Positions 1 to 12,049 of a stretch of 47,959 nucleotides of DNA are shown here, piece after piece (within the stretch, counting starts at the first letter, position 1; each line of letters starts with the position of its first letter). A program made the position numbers and the translations under genes. The notes beneath the pieces are model-generated. The model was not told where the DNA came from. It saw nothing but the letters and a program-made list of their open reading frames with translations, and searched no databases. This stretch comes from Vicugna vicugna (Eukaryota), in contig MU058781.1 in the NCBI GenBank assembly GCA_013265495.1, positions 5,225,091 through 5,273,049 on the forward strand. Direction: 5' to 3'.

Positions 1-42
1 TTTTTTTTTTTTAAACATTGTTGACTCTTGAGGATGATAAAG

Positions 43-323
43 NNNNNNNNNNNNNNNNNNNNNNNNNNNNNNNNNNNNNNNNNNNNNNNNNNNNNNNNNN
101 NNNNNNNNNNNNNNNNNNNNNNNNNNNNNNNNNNNNNNNNNNNNNNNNNNNNNNNNNNNNNNNNNNNNNNNNNNNNNNNNNNNNNNNNNNNNNNNNNNNN
201 NNNNNNNNNNNNNNNNNNNNNNNNNNNNNNNNNNNNNNNNNNNNNNNNNNNNNNNNNNNNNNNNNNNNNNNNNNNNNNNNNNNNNNNNNNNNNNNNNNNN
301 NNNNNNNNNNNNNNNNNNNNNNN
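43..323. other. N-run, 281 nt
   Basis: Seen directly; abuts L1 ORF2 sequence. Confidence 1.
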
Positions 324-960
324 CACAAGGAACCCTACTTCAAAAAGACACCTGCACCCCAATGTTCATAACAGCACTATTTACAATAGCCAAGACATGG
401 AAACAGCCTAAATGTCCATCAATAGGTGACTGGATAAAGAATAAGTGGTATATTTATACAATGGAATACTATTCAGCCATAAAAACCTACAACATAACGG
501 CATTTGCAGCAACATGGATGTTCCCANNNNNNNNNNNNNNNNNNNNNNNNNNNNNNNNNNNNNNNNNNNNNNNNNNNNNNNNNNNNNNNNNNNNNNNNNN
601 NNNNNNNNNNNNNNNNNNNNNNNNNNNNNNNNNNNNNNNNNNNNNNNNNNNNNNTAGATATAGAATATAAACATGTGGTTGCCAAGGGGGTGGAGGGTGG
701 GAAGGGATAGACGGGATTTCAAAATCGTACAATAGATAAACAAGATTATACTGTATAGCACAGGGAAATATACACAAGATTTTATGGTAGCTCACAGAGA
801 AAAAAATGTGACAATGAATATATACATATATATATATGTTCATGTATAACTGAAAAATTGTGCTCTACACTGGAATTTGACACAACATTATAAAACGATT
901 ATAACTCAATGCAAAATGTTAAAAAATAAATAAATAAATCCATGCCAAAAAAAAGAAAAA
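324..960 (+). mobile_element. LINE-1 3' fragment (ORF2 C-terminus, 3'UTR, A-rich tail); 5' part probably hidden under N-run 43-323
   Basis: ORF 362..670 reads MFITALFTIAKTWKQPKCPSIGDWIKNKWYIYTMEYYSAIK, the L1 ORF2 C-terminus; typical 3'UTR (ctgtatagcacagggaa) and aaataaataaata/A-rich tail at 920-960. Confidence 0.96.
527..654. other. N-run, 128 nt, inside L1
   Basis: Seen directly. Confidence 1.
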
Positions 961-2962
961 AGGGAAATAGAGGCTCAAGAAGCTGGGTAATATTCCCAAG
1001 TCCCACCATCTACTATGGGCTGAGCAAGATTCAAGACCAAACTCTGGCTTTTGTCTCACCAGGAGTGCTTATTCTGAGGCAGGAGAGGGGACCTCCAGGT
1101 GCATTTGGGACCTCTGAGCCACCTGTCACTGGCATATGCCTGTGTCCTCCCTCTGCTGGGGTCCGCAGTGGGAAGAAGAGGGTAGGGGACTTAGGGCTTT
1201 GGCAAAAGTGGAGTCTGGTCTTGGCTAGTATTTCCTGGATTCTATATTAGGACAGCAGAGGAAGGAGATGGTTATGAATGGTGGTCCTCTCTGCCACTCA
1301 CCTTTATGCATTATTACTACCATTGTGTCTCCACACTTACAGAACTGAATAGGTAGGACAGGCCTGAAAAATCCATATGTGGTTTTCCAGGCTGGGAGAC
1401 TGAGCAAGGATGGATGAAGGTATCAGTATAACAATTTTGTATTCAGTTTTTTTTTCTTCAATAACCACCCCCCCCCCCAAAAAAAGCCCAAAGGACAGTA
1501 AGTTTTTTGTGAAAACTGATTACGACACTTTGGATTTTAAAATGGGTAAACATACTTTAGAGGGGGAAAAAAGCAAATACACTAGAAGATAAAACAATTT
1601 TGTTTTTCAAAATTATCACTTAAGTATGAATCTTGAATGCCTCTATGTTGAGTAAGGAAACTTGTTCATTAGAACTGCAAAGAAATGGAGAGAGAATGTC
1701 TCCTATGGTCGTATGTACCGACTTCATTTCCCCTTTGCTGCCTCACTTTAAAGGTAATTGAATCACATCAGCACCTAGCCTTTGAGGACAGTATCCTTAA
1801 CAGAAGGACAGCTCAACCTGCCTGAGTGAGACCTGCACTTACTGAGAAAGCCCCCGAGGGTCCAGCCCTGATAAAAGCCACATTCCCTGCAAGATGCGGG
1901 TTAAATATTTGGAATTACTGAGCATTTGTCTCCTTGGAAGCAATCGTTAAGCAGAGTAGCCCATTTTTAATTAGACTTAAATGATTAAATCACCAATAGT
2001 TTAATGGCAAACATAATTGAATAATCAAGCCCTTCATTTGTTCTGGAAAGCCTTAGACTAGTCCTGGGACCCTCAATGAAGGCATATAAAGACTGCAGGA
2101 GTTATGGATCCCAGAAGCTTTTCCTTATAATCTTGCAGACAAAGGCACAAATAGCTAATTCAATTATTGAATGTTTCTTTATGGGCAAGATATACTGTTA
2201 ATACCTTGAAGGGCTTGGAGACCCACACCAGGACAGAGACTCACAGCTTGGCTTCATTGCCCGCTCCCTCACCCTCCTGGGTCCAGTCCTTAAAAGTCTT
2301 TCACTTTTCATCTGGATGCTGGCAGAAGGTGTCAAGTGATTAGGCAGTCAGGGTGGGTGCTGCTAAAGCTTGGAACCCTCCAGGCATATTTAAGCCCTAT
2401 TAGTGGATTCTGCAGGAGAAAGGGCCTTTGAGGGCTAGAGATGAAGGTATACTGGTGGAATGACAGATGTGGGGTTCATACTTCCTGGCAAGAGAGCCTA
2501 CCTGGGGAGTCTCATACCTCTCCAGTGAAGGCAGGAACCTCCTGCTCTAACTAGAGGCTGCCTGACCTGATTGTTCTGAAAACACTAGCTGTGGCCAGGA
2601 CGGAAATGACAGCTTCACACCTGCTCCGTGTGAAAAGGACTCTAATCATTTTAGTCATCCTCACACAATGTGTAATCATCAGTGTCCACAACTCCCGAAG
2701 GGAAAAAGGACTTGATATAATTGACTCTCCATTCCTTGTGGGTTAAGGCACTCTGGGCCATCACTCACAGGGCTGAAGCAAGCCCAGTCTCCCAGAATTT
2801 ACAGCTGTCACCTGGGATGACGGTGTCTTCCCACATTGGAAAAGTATCTCAGTCTTTACCACACTGTTAATAAATACTGTGTTAAAACTGCATAACAAAA
2901 ACTGTACACACAAGTATTATCACTGAGAGGGTATTCACATCTAAGCAGCAGGTTTTCTTAGT

Positions 2963-3150
2963 AATAATAATAGGTACCATTTATAGAGGAGTTATCTGGT
3001 GTTAATTTTTCTTCCAACAATCCTATGTGGGAGGTATTGTTACCCTCATGTTACAGATAAGGGAACCAAGACACAGACAGGTTAAGTAGCTTGGGGAAGG
3101 TCACACATTTGGTAAATAATAGGGCTGGTGTTAAAGCCCACATTCTTATC
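2963..3150 (-). mobile_element. MIR SINE fragment
   Basis: ttacagataagggaaccaagacacagacaggttaagtagcttggggaaggtcacac resembles the antisense MIR core. Confidence 0.8.
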
Positions 3151-3274
3151 CGTATGTAATGCTAAAAATTCACATATATAATCTGTGTGATCCTTACCTT
3201 TAGTTGCATAACTGATTTTGCCACATGGGCAAAGGCAAGGTGGACAGCAGGGAGGTACAGGAGCATAGTGATCC

Positions 3275-3485
3275 AAAGCATGGCCTCCCAGTTAGACAGA
3301 AATGAACCAATACCTCACGTCCAACACATACAGCTGTTTTCACAGCTTGCATGAATTACCTAACGCCTCGGGACCTCATTTCGCTCATGTGCAAAGTGGG
3401 AACAACAAGAGTACATAACTCATAGGCCTGTCATGGTTATATGTGAAAACTGTGACAGTACCTAACATCTACTGAATGCTTAGTT
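3275..3485 (+). mobile_element. MIR SINE fragment (degraded)
   Basis: ggacctcatttcgctcatgtgcaaagtggg...cataggcc resembles the sense MIR core. Confidence 0.65.
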
Positions 3486-4829
3486 TTGTGTCAACTATAG
3501 GACTCACGGAAGTGACTGATTTCTCCCTTGACACAAGATAAGCATTTACACAAGCCACTATTATTGTTATTATTATTATGATTTTCTTACTATATGTCAA
3601 ACCCATTTTGACAAGCTTTAAGAGATCATTAACTTCTTTCTGTTTAATGAAATTCTGACCCATTAAATATGGTTCTTAATAAGTGGATCAGAGACAGAGC
3701 TCAGAAATCTTTTTTCCATGCAATTTCACCTATAATTTATTTTTTCAGTTTAGTCTAATGCACAATTGAACACACTTTTTAGAATACCACATTTTACATT
3801 GCTTCTCTTATTCTGGGAAATACTCTGTCTTTGTCAGAGGGTGTTACTAGATCTAGCTAAATCCCCAACTTCCTGAGGACCCAATAAATAGGCTCATTTT
3901 TCTTCATAGATTAGTAAGGAGAAGGGAATTAAGTTTGAATCCTGATTCTTTTCTACAGTTTAGGATAAGAAATACACAGTTAAAATAACTTGAAATGGTC
4001 ATCACAGCTCCCTCGTGGTCAAGATGATGGGGTGTTGCTGCAGCCTTCAGGGCTACCTGGGAGCTGCAAAGTGGCGACTGCAAAACATCCTTTATTTTCT
4101 AATCTACTTCACAATCCATTTTTGGCAAGAAGCACTTTTTACCTTTTGAACCATCAGATTCTTGGGCTGAGCAAATTGGGTACAGCTTTTCCATTACGCA
4201 TTCCATTCCTTCCCGGCTTACGAAGTGATTTCACATTACCAGCATGGTTTACCAAGGGGAGAACCATCATAACGCACAAGCCTGAATTATAGAGGCAGCC
4301 CCAAGGTGTGAGCCGGAGCCCTGCAGAACCACAGGTATGATGATGTTGGGGGAGCCTGCTATTGCCTGTGCCCTAGGTACCAAAGAGGCTTATCTGATAG
4401 CCTGGGAAGACTGGTGCCAGCACCTCATTTCATTAGGGGGCTGCTGTTTCCACATCAGGGTGCCTCATGTCTTAGTAATCATCATAGTAGCTAGACTTGT
4501 GCACCTTAGGAAAAAAGTAGCCAAATTTGGGTCACTATCATCAAACAATCAAGCATGATCTCTTGATAGGGGTCACCTTGATGCCAACTAGTTGGGTACA
4601 AGTTTGCTGTCTTCTTTCTGGTTAGTGCTTCTAAACCCTGTCTTCTTGTCCGGCCCCTATTGGCCTTCCCACTCCCTTCTAGCAAAACGACATCTTGCCC
4701 CATTTAATCAAACATCAGTAATGTGCTAATATCTTCCTAAGGCTTTTATTCTTACTCTCCCAACTCTTCCCATTGCTAGAGACCACATCCTTGAGGAGAG
4801 GGAGCCAGAGGTAGCCTGCTGGAGATTGG

Positions 4830-4915
4830 AAGTTAGAGAATTGGATTCTAGATCTGCTATGTAACAGGTCACCCACCCGTCCACTCTGGGCCTCAGTTTC
4901 TTCGTCAAATGGCTA
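4830..4915 (+). mobile_element. MIR-like fragment
   Basis: ctctgggcctcagtttcttcgtcaaatgg MIR core. Confidence 0.55.
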
Positions 4916-5395
4916 GATTGGAGAATCTGGGATTTTACAACTCACAGGCTCATGGAACATGAGTGACTCTCATTCTGGAGAAGAGGATCTCCTTCGCCCT
5001 GCGCCACAAATGGGAGAGTCATTTAGGTTGGCAGGATACTCTCTGGAAGAGAAAAATTCTCCTTAAGCAAACCCCGACTCATTGGTACTTTCATGAGAAT
5101 TACTGTAATTAAGAAAACCATTTCTAACTGGCACCCTAGAAATTGGAAAATTTGAAGTTTGACAGATTTTTTTCTAATTTTGTGTTTCTGAAAATCAATG
5201 TGAACATATGATTAGGTAATGCCTTTTTCTCCTCAAAAAAAAAAAAGCTGCTTTTAAATTGACGATGCACTTTTGATTTGACGGAGTCTTAGCACCCTGT
5301 CAAACCAGGAAGAAGGGCGAGCAGGCCTGGGGGCTGCTGTGCTGTTGTCAGAAGTGCCGAGAAACTCAAGGCTGTCAGGAGGGCACTGATCTCCA

Positions 5396-5783
5396 GGGGC
5401 TGGGCGTGGGCGGTGAGGCGGGGAGCGCTGGGGGCGGGATCGAGGTGGTGAGGGAAGTCATCTGTTATTATGCAAACAATTCACATCTTCCCCAGGTTTT
5501 GCAACAAGTCACCTCATTTGTATGTATCTCTTCTAATTCTGCATGACTTTACATTTTGATCACTAGTCATTCTCTGTATTTCCTTTCTCCTGCTCCCAAA
5601 ACTGCACATTTAATATTTTTCTAGCATTGGGTGCAGGGAAAGGCTTTATGAGTGAGGCAATAATCTTTCTCTTATCTCCAAAAACCAAATTTATCAGGGA
5701 ATTTCCACTGTTCATCTGCCAAACCACATCTCCCAAGCTTTCTCTCACACTTAGGACAAAAACAGTTTGGCAGATTGCATAAT
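5396..5783. promoter_or_regulatory. Candidate enhancer: GC boxes/G-runs, three C/EBP-type sites and an NF-kB site
   Basis: GGGAATTTCC 5697-5706; ATTGCATAAT 5774-5783; ATTATGCAAA 5467-5476; GTTTTGCAAC 5496-5505; six G-runs 5396-5438. Motif match only. Confidence 0.4.
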
Positions 5784-6349
5784 CCATGTCAGTTTACGGA
5801 AAACATGGGAGTAAGAGGGCAGGATTTGCCTTCACAGGAAAGGTTCATGCTCTTCTACTTGTAGGTTTTAGAACTCAAAGCACTCACGCCAGATTCCAAA
5901 GACGCCAGGTGTCAGACATCTGGGGGAAAAAAGCTGGTGAGTTGCAGCCGCAAAGCTGTGCAGAGCCGGGAGCTCCCTCCTCCCCCAGCAAGCTTGGCCA
6001 GTCCCTCACCAGCCTGGAGAGAAGAGCAATGTCTGTCACACAATGGGCTCTTGACGGACTCAATGCCAAAGTCTCTTGCTTGCTGGGTGTGCTAGTTCTC
6101 CACCATTGGCTTTTCCCCCAAATCCCTTCTCTGCCTGGCTCTGCACCTGGGAAGGCTGGTCCCTAAGAACTGCACCACCTGGACTGCCTTGCCCCCCCCC
6201 CACTTCCTGCTGTGAGTAACCAATGTACCTCTTTTGTGAAATGGTGAAAAGTGGACAACTGGGCATTTTCTCAGTGGCCACTGGCCTACCCAGTGATGGG
6301 AAGGGCGCTGTAACAGTGGCTAACAGTATGGCCTTGGAACTTGAAGCCA

Positions 6350-6470
6350 CGCTTTGTAGCTGTGCCAACTTGGGCAATGATTTAGCCTCTCTATACTTCA
6401 GTTTTCTCATTTACAAAATGGAGATCATAATACTACCTACCCCAGAGGGTTGCTTACAGGTGAAGGCAGA
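6350..6470 (+). mobile_element. MIR SINE fragment
   Basis: cttgggcaatgatttagcctctctatacttcagttttctcatttacaaaatggagatcataatactacctacc. Confidence 0.85.
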
Positions 6471-6584
6471 TGGTTAATTCATTCTTCAGTCTGCTCCATA
6501 AGGAACACTCGAGAAATGGAGGTATGAGCAGTGGAGACCTGCCTCCTAAACCACCCGTGGAAACTATTTAACCAGGAGAGAGAC

Positions 6585-6750
6585 CCTAGACCCTACATGC
6601 ACTCTGAACTCATTGGGGAGCTTTGAAAACATACCATTGCCTGGGCCCCAGTCCAAATGGATTGAATTGGAATCTCTAGGGGTGGGACTCTGGCATCAGT
6701 ATAAAGAAGCTCTCCAGTTTATTCTAACTTACAACCAAGACTGCACTATT
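6585..6750. mobile_element. MER5A-like hAT DNA transposon fossil
   Basis: ggggagctttgaaaacataccattgcctgggcccc...gaatctctaggggtggg pattern. Confidence 0.75.
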
Positions 6751-8202
6751 GTTCTGATGAGTATTTAATTGACCCCAGGAGAGGAAAATCCACATGTTGA
6801 ATTACCAATTCTTAAGCCATGCTTCAGAGAAGTTTGAGTTCTGTGAGCAAAGACAGATCTGCCTTCCTAGTTCAGAGTCAGTAACTAAACTCAAGTCTGT
6901 CTCCTCGGCAATTCCTGGTAGGCCTAGATACAAAGCTACCTGCCTGAGCTAGGAATGGCCCTTATGAGATGACTAGTGACTCATCCTTTCCATCATGTGA
7001 AATTATTCTGGAGGCATTCAAATCCCTCAATACTCTGATGATATGGATTTAAAATTCAGAATCTCTAGTCAACTACTTTTTTCAGTTCCTTGTTCCCAAC
7101 TGTAACTTAACAGGATGTCACCATGGAAACAGGCACTTCTACTTGAGGACCGATCCTCCCACTTGGAGATGTGTCTCTCCTATCTTTTGATTATGATCTG
7201 TAAGAGGTGGTGAACAACTGAGATCTATATCTGTGGAGAGTGTGTAAAGGATCTGGATTTAGACTCTTAAGGGTGACAGAGCCTTTTCTCTGAATCTGTT
7301 AAGGTTTCATTTGTGATAATAAGATACTTATTCCCTCTCTGGGAAGAAGAGGAAAAAAAAAACCCACTACATTTCCAGAACATTGTTCAATGCTGGGTAG
7401 ATATGTTTCCAAATATGAGGAAGTAAAATTATCATTATAATCTGCCTCATTCTCATTTTTTGGGCTCCAGAGAATAAAACCAAACACCAGTTCAAATCTG
7501 TTTCAGACTGGTGTTGAGAGTGTAAGAAACCCTGTGTTGGGGGTCTGCACCCCAGGTTTCCATCGCACTGAGGAGTGGTGGCCCCCACAGCCTGACTAGG
7601 TATTGGCAAGGCCCTTTTGGGCCCTTCTTGATCCTAACAATTTCTGAAACAGCCAATCATGGTGCACTTTGACCTTCATGGATAATGGGGGAAAATGGAG
7701 AGGAAGCAAGAAGGGAACCAGGTGGGAAGGGGAACATGGGACAAGAAGGTAAAGGGCAGGGGCAGGTCACTGCAGCCAAAGACCCAAGTGGCCCTGCAGA
7801 GAGGAGCTGCTCTCAGAAAGTGCGGTGGCTTTGTCATGTGTCAACGTGGCTAGCCTGTACTGTGCACCTCAGATTTCCCCTCCTTGCATATTTTCAGTTG
7901 GGTGGGCCACAGGGACATCTTACACAAGACTCTGCACTTAGCCACCCGTGCACATGATCATGTATCTGCTGGCACATGTTGTCAGGGTGGGAACGGCAGC
8001 TGGCCTGCAGCTACTCCACCTTCTCGGGGACCCTCCCTCAACTTTTCAAACCCCTGGGCCAGGTGGCTGTCTAGCTCTGTGACAAAGGGTTCTAACTTCT
8101 GAGTCCTGCGGGACACCCCATCATCAAGGTTGGAGGCACTGGGAGAAGGACATGGATTTCTGTCTGTGCTATGGGTTCCAGCTTACCCGCAAGGTCCCCC
8201 AC

Positions 8203-8532
8203 TGTCTCAGTTCAGGCTACATAGCAGCAACAACAAACGTTTCCTTCTCACAGCTCTGGAGGCTGGAAGTCCGAGATCAGGGTGCCAGTGCGGCTGGGTT
8301 TTAATGAGGGCTCTCTTCCCGGCTTGTGGACAGCCGTCTTCTCACTGTGTCCTCACATGGCAGAGAGAGATCATCTCTCTCGTCTCCTCTTCGGTGCACT
8401 AATCTCATTCATGAGGGCTCTGTCCTCACGACCTAATCCCCTCCTAAAGGCCCACCTCCATATACCATCGTCTTGAGGATTAGGACTTCAACATAGGAAT
8501 CTTGAGGGGACACAGACATTCAGTCCATAGCA
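8203..8532 (-). mobile_element. MaLR solo LTR (MLT1A/B-like)
   Basis: tctcacagctctggaggctggaagtccgagatcagggtgcc...ttcaacataggaatcttgagggggacacagacattcagtccatagca. Confidence 0.9.
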
Positions 8533-8559
8533 CTCACTTTGCATCCATCTTCCCCTGCA

Positions 8560-8750
8560 GGCTATCTGACCCCAAAACTTCAACTGCCAGCATCAGCTGC
8601 AGAGAAACAGCCTCATGGGGACTGTTTAACCAACACCCACAATTACATAACATCAAGTCACTGTAATGAATTCATGTGTGTGTGCATGTATTCATGTGCA
8701 AATATCCTAATATCCTGTTTCTCTGATTGAATGAACCCTAGCTGAATCCG
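8560..8750 (+). mobile_element. ERVL LTR 3' fragment (MLT2-like)
   Basis: ccacaattac...atcctgtttctctga...gaaccctagctgaat resembles an MLT2 terminus. Confidence 0.5.
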
Positions 8751-8971
8751 CAGGAATGCATAGAGAGGGATGCGGCATAAAGGGCCAGCACCCTTGCTCT
8801 GCGCTTGCAGTGCAGGGTCCTGCCAGGTCCAAGATTGAGCCTGACTCTAAGCCAGGCCGGTCCTCCCAGGGTAGCTGAAAAACCAGAACTGAGAGTCACT
8901 CTCTAGAGGTGTGGAAGCTGTGGGAAGTAAAGCTGACAAGAAAAGTATTTACTTCTCAGTAAAGCTGGGAA

Positions 8972-9349
8972 GTATTAGTCTGACAAGAAGACCAGAAGGG
9001 TTGGGGGACCTAAACAATAGAAATGTATTTTCTTACATCCTGGAGGCTCCAAGTCCAAGACCAAGGNNNNNNNNNNNNNNNNNNNNNNNNNNNNNNNNNN
9101 NNNNNNNNNNNNNNNNNNNNNNNNNNNNNNNNNNNNNNNNNNNNNNNNNNNNNNNNNNNNNNNNNNNNNNNNNNNNNNNNNNNNNNNNNNNNNNNNNNNN
9201 NNNNNNNNNNNNTCCCCACCCTAAGGGCCTCATTTTAACCATCTCTTTTTTTAACAGCCCTATCTCCAAATACAGTGACTTTCTGGGGTCAGCTGGGGGT
9301 TAGGGCTTCAACATATGAGTTTGAGGGGAACACAGCTCAGTCCACAACA
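8972..9349 (-). mobile_element. MaLR solo LTR (MLT1B/C-like), containing N-run 9067-9212 (146 nt)
   Basis: aaacaatagaaatgtattttcttacatcctggaggctccaagtccaag...ggcttcaacatatgagtttgaggggaacacagctcagtccacaaca. Confidence 0.88.
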
Positions 9350-11217
9350 GTAGCTCCAGTGGCAGGTGTGGTGGGTATTCTTGCTGCCCTTTGGAGGAAG
9401 CCTGACTGCCGTGAAAGAATGTAGCAGATACCTGGAGAGAAGGAGAAGCAATAGAAAGAGAGGACCCCCTGCAGTTGGGATGGAGGAGCTCAGCTTTGTA
9501 AGGAACCGTTCACAGTTGCTTCTGTACGTGGCTCATGGCACAGTTTATGGTAACTTCTCATTGCCAGCACGCACAGTGTCTGCCGGCTGCTTCTGCAGCC
9601 TGGTCAGTCCTCCGGGTCATCATCCTAACTGCTGAACCCCCGGGTGTCTGTGCCTGATTTTACGGTGACTGGACTCTCTCCCCCAACCATGTGAAAGAGA
9701 CTGACGTTGGGATCAGTCTGGACGGCTCTACGAACAGCAGCAAGACACCTGTATTTTCTTATTATTTGAAATTTTCTGTGCCGTTTCTTTTCTTCTTTGG
9801 TGCTATAATTTAAAATTTTTTTCCAGAAACTTTTTTCTGCCTGTTACAGACTCCCTTTTTATAACCCATAAGCTACTCATATTATTAAACAAAACACTAC
9901 TTCCATTCGACAACATATCAAGCTCTCAGAAGCCCAATTCCATTTTAGTAGCGCATGGCAACGAACCAGTCCACGTTTACTGGGCTCCAATTATAAATAA
10001 GCCTCAGGAGTAATGGTTGCAAGAGATTCAAGATATTGAAGACAAGCTCCCCGCTCTCAGAAGTCTCACCATCTGGGTGAGCTCAAGGACCAAGGCGCTG
10101 AACTAGGAATGCACACCTTTGAGTCAAGGCCAAAGCGTAATTTTAGTTCTGATTCAGCCCCCCAGCCAGAGGAACAGAACGCCCAAATTGCAGCCAGGCA
10201 CAAGCATTCAAATAGCTTATTTTGGTCTACAGGAGACTCTGGCCAGCTGGGCCAATCCATAGCTTTCACTTTCCCAGTGTTTACATCTTCCAAGTGTTTT
10301 TGATAAACTCCAAAACAATTTGGATATGTCACAGAAATGGAAGTCACAAGTTTTTATTTACTGTTGTACTGTTTTTAAACAAGCCATGCTGAATTTTATC
10401 TCTGTCTGGGCCCTGGGTGGCCTCTCAGTTTTTGCCTATGGCTGCTAGGGGCCTGTGGTTGTACAGATATTTGGAAGGAATTGAAAAGAGGTACAGATGC
10501 ACTGAGTGGGACCTGTCTAGTGGGTTGACTGCTGATGCAGTTCCGTGTCTGGTTACTGCTTCAAACTTTTAGGGTAAAAATATGGGGCTGACTTACAGAG
10601 CACAGTCTGTTACATGAAGACCACATCACAGAGTGGTAACGCAAGGGAGCAGTCACCTCTCCCAGCCTTTTCAGCCTTTCTTCACTGGGGAAAGAATCTC
10701 ACTTGAAGGTGGCCATGAAGGCACCACATAGGTGGGGTGCAGCGTCAGGGACCCCTGGGGGGCACAGTGGTGTGGGCTCCAGGCTGAAATCAGCATCAGC
10801 AAAGTCTGCACAGTCTTCTTCTCAGCCAGGTCTGGGAGGGTCCTGTAGGTGGTAGTGATCTTGGGGGCTAGTAGGGACCTTGGAGGCAAAGGCTGCTGGG
10901 ACCTTCTTGTTCCTTTTTTTTTTTTCCTGTCTGTGAGGGTGAGTTCTAGCTAAGGGGCTTCTCCTTTGCACCAGGTCAGTCATGCGGGCACTCAGAGCAG
11001 CAGTGGAGTCAGGGTGCTGGGATGGAGATGCCCGCAGAGCTACCGCACGCCCGGTCCTGGGGCGCAGGTGCGCTTGCTGCAGTGGTGACATCTGGGTCTG
11101 AGGTGCCGGCCTGTGCATGTCTCTTGTGGAGCAGGGGTCTGGTTTCTGGGGCTCACTGCGCTGCCATGACATAGGCCCTGGGAATGACAAGGTGCAGCTG
11201 TGGCTCAGTGTACTTTT

Positions 11218-11390
11218 GTTTTTTGTTTTTTAATATATAGTTTTTCTTCTTTTTACATTTTTTGGTTCTTTTTGGGGGGGGTGGTAATTAGGTGTACTTA
11301 TTTATTTTTTAACGGAGGTACTGGGGATTGAACCCAGGACCTCATGCAAGCTAAGGAGGCACTCTACCACTGAGCTATATCCTCCCCTCT
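11218..11390 (-). mobile_element. tRNA-Ala-derived SINE (camelid Vic-1-like)
   Basis: Minus strand GGGGAGGATATAGCTCAGTGGTAGAG (A box)...GGTTCAATCC (B box); T-rich tail; target-site duplication tcagtgtactttt 11205-11217 / tcaatgtactttt 11391-11403. Confidence 0.93.
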
Positions 11391-11567
11391 TCAATGTACT
11401 TTTTAACTAAAGGACTGGGATTGGGTGAATGAAGGTACAGCTAGAGAAGAGTTCTGGGTGCTTGGAGGCCAATATGCGTAGTAGCATCTGGCAAAGGAGA
11501 AGGCAGGGCCAGCGAAGTAGGAGGACACCCAGAGAGCTCAGTGAGAACACTTTCAAGAAGGAGGTGG

Positions 11568-11986
11568 TGGACCTAGAGACGATCGTGCCTAGTGAAGTAA
11601 GTCAGACAGAGAAGGCAAATGTGGTATCATATAACCCCTATGTGTAGAATCTAAAAAACAGTACAAATGAACTTACATGCAAAACAGAACCAAACTCACA
11701 GTCATAGAAACAAACTGATGGTTACCAAAAGGAAAAGGCAAAAGGGATAAATTGGGAGTACGGGATTAACAGACGAACACTACTATATATAAAATGAACA
11801 ATAAGGATTTACTGAACAGCACAGGGAACTATATTCAATGTCTTGTAATAAACTATAATGGAAAAGAACCGAAAAAAAGAATATAGATATATACATATAT
11901 ATGTATAACTGAGTCACTTTGCTATATACCTGAAACACACACAATATTGTAAATCAACTCTACTGCAATAAAAGAAAGAAAGAAAG
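11568..11986 (+). mobile_element. 5'-truncated LINE-1 3' end
   Basis: DLETIVPSEVSQTEK ORF2 tail; 3'UTR; aataaaagaaagaaagaaag tail. Confidence 0.95.
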
Positions 11987-12049
11987 ATGATCAACTGTCT
12001 AGTGATGCTGAGATGTGCAGCATTGATCTTGGATCTGCAACGTGGAGGT

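Noticed and set aside
2085-2091. TATAAAG as a promoter
   Set aside because: No supporting downstream first exon or other promoter motifs
2963-3485. Oppositely oriented MIR pair as a hairpin or miRNA source (also 22060-22525)
   Set aside because: Copies look too diverged to form a long stem by eye; folding was not computed
8363-8381. GAGAGAGAT-C-ATCTCTCTC inverted repeat
   Set aside because: Low-complexity arms inside an MLT1 LTR
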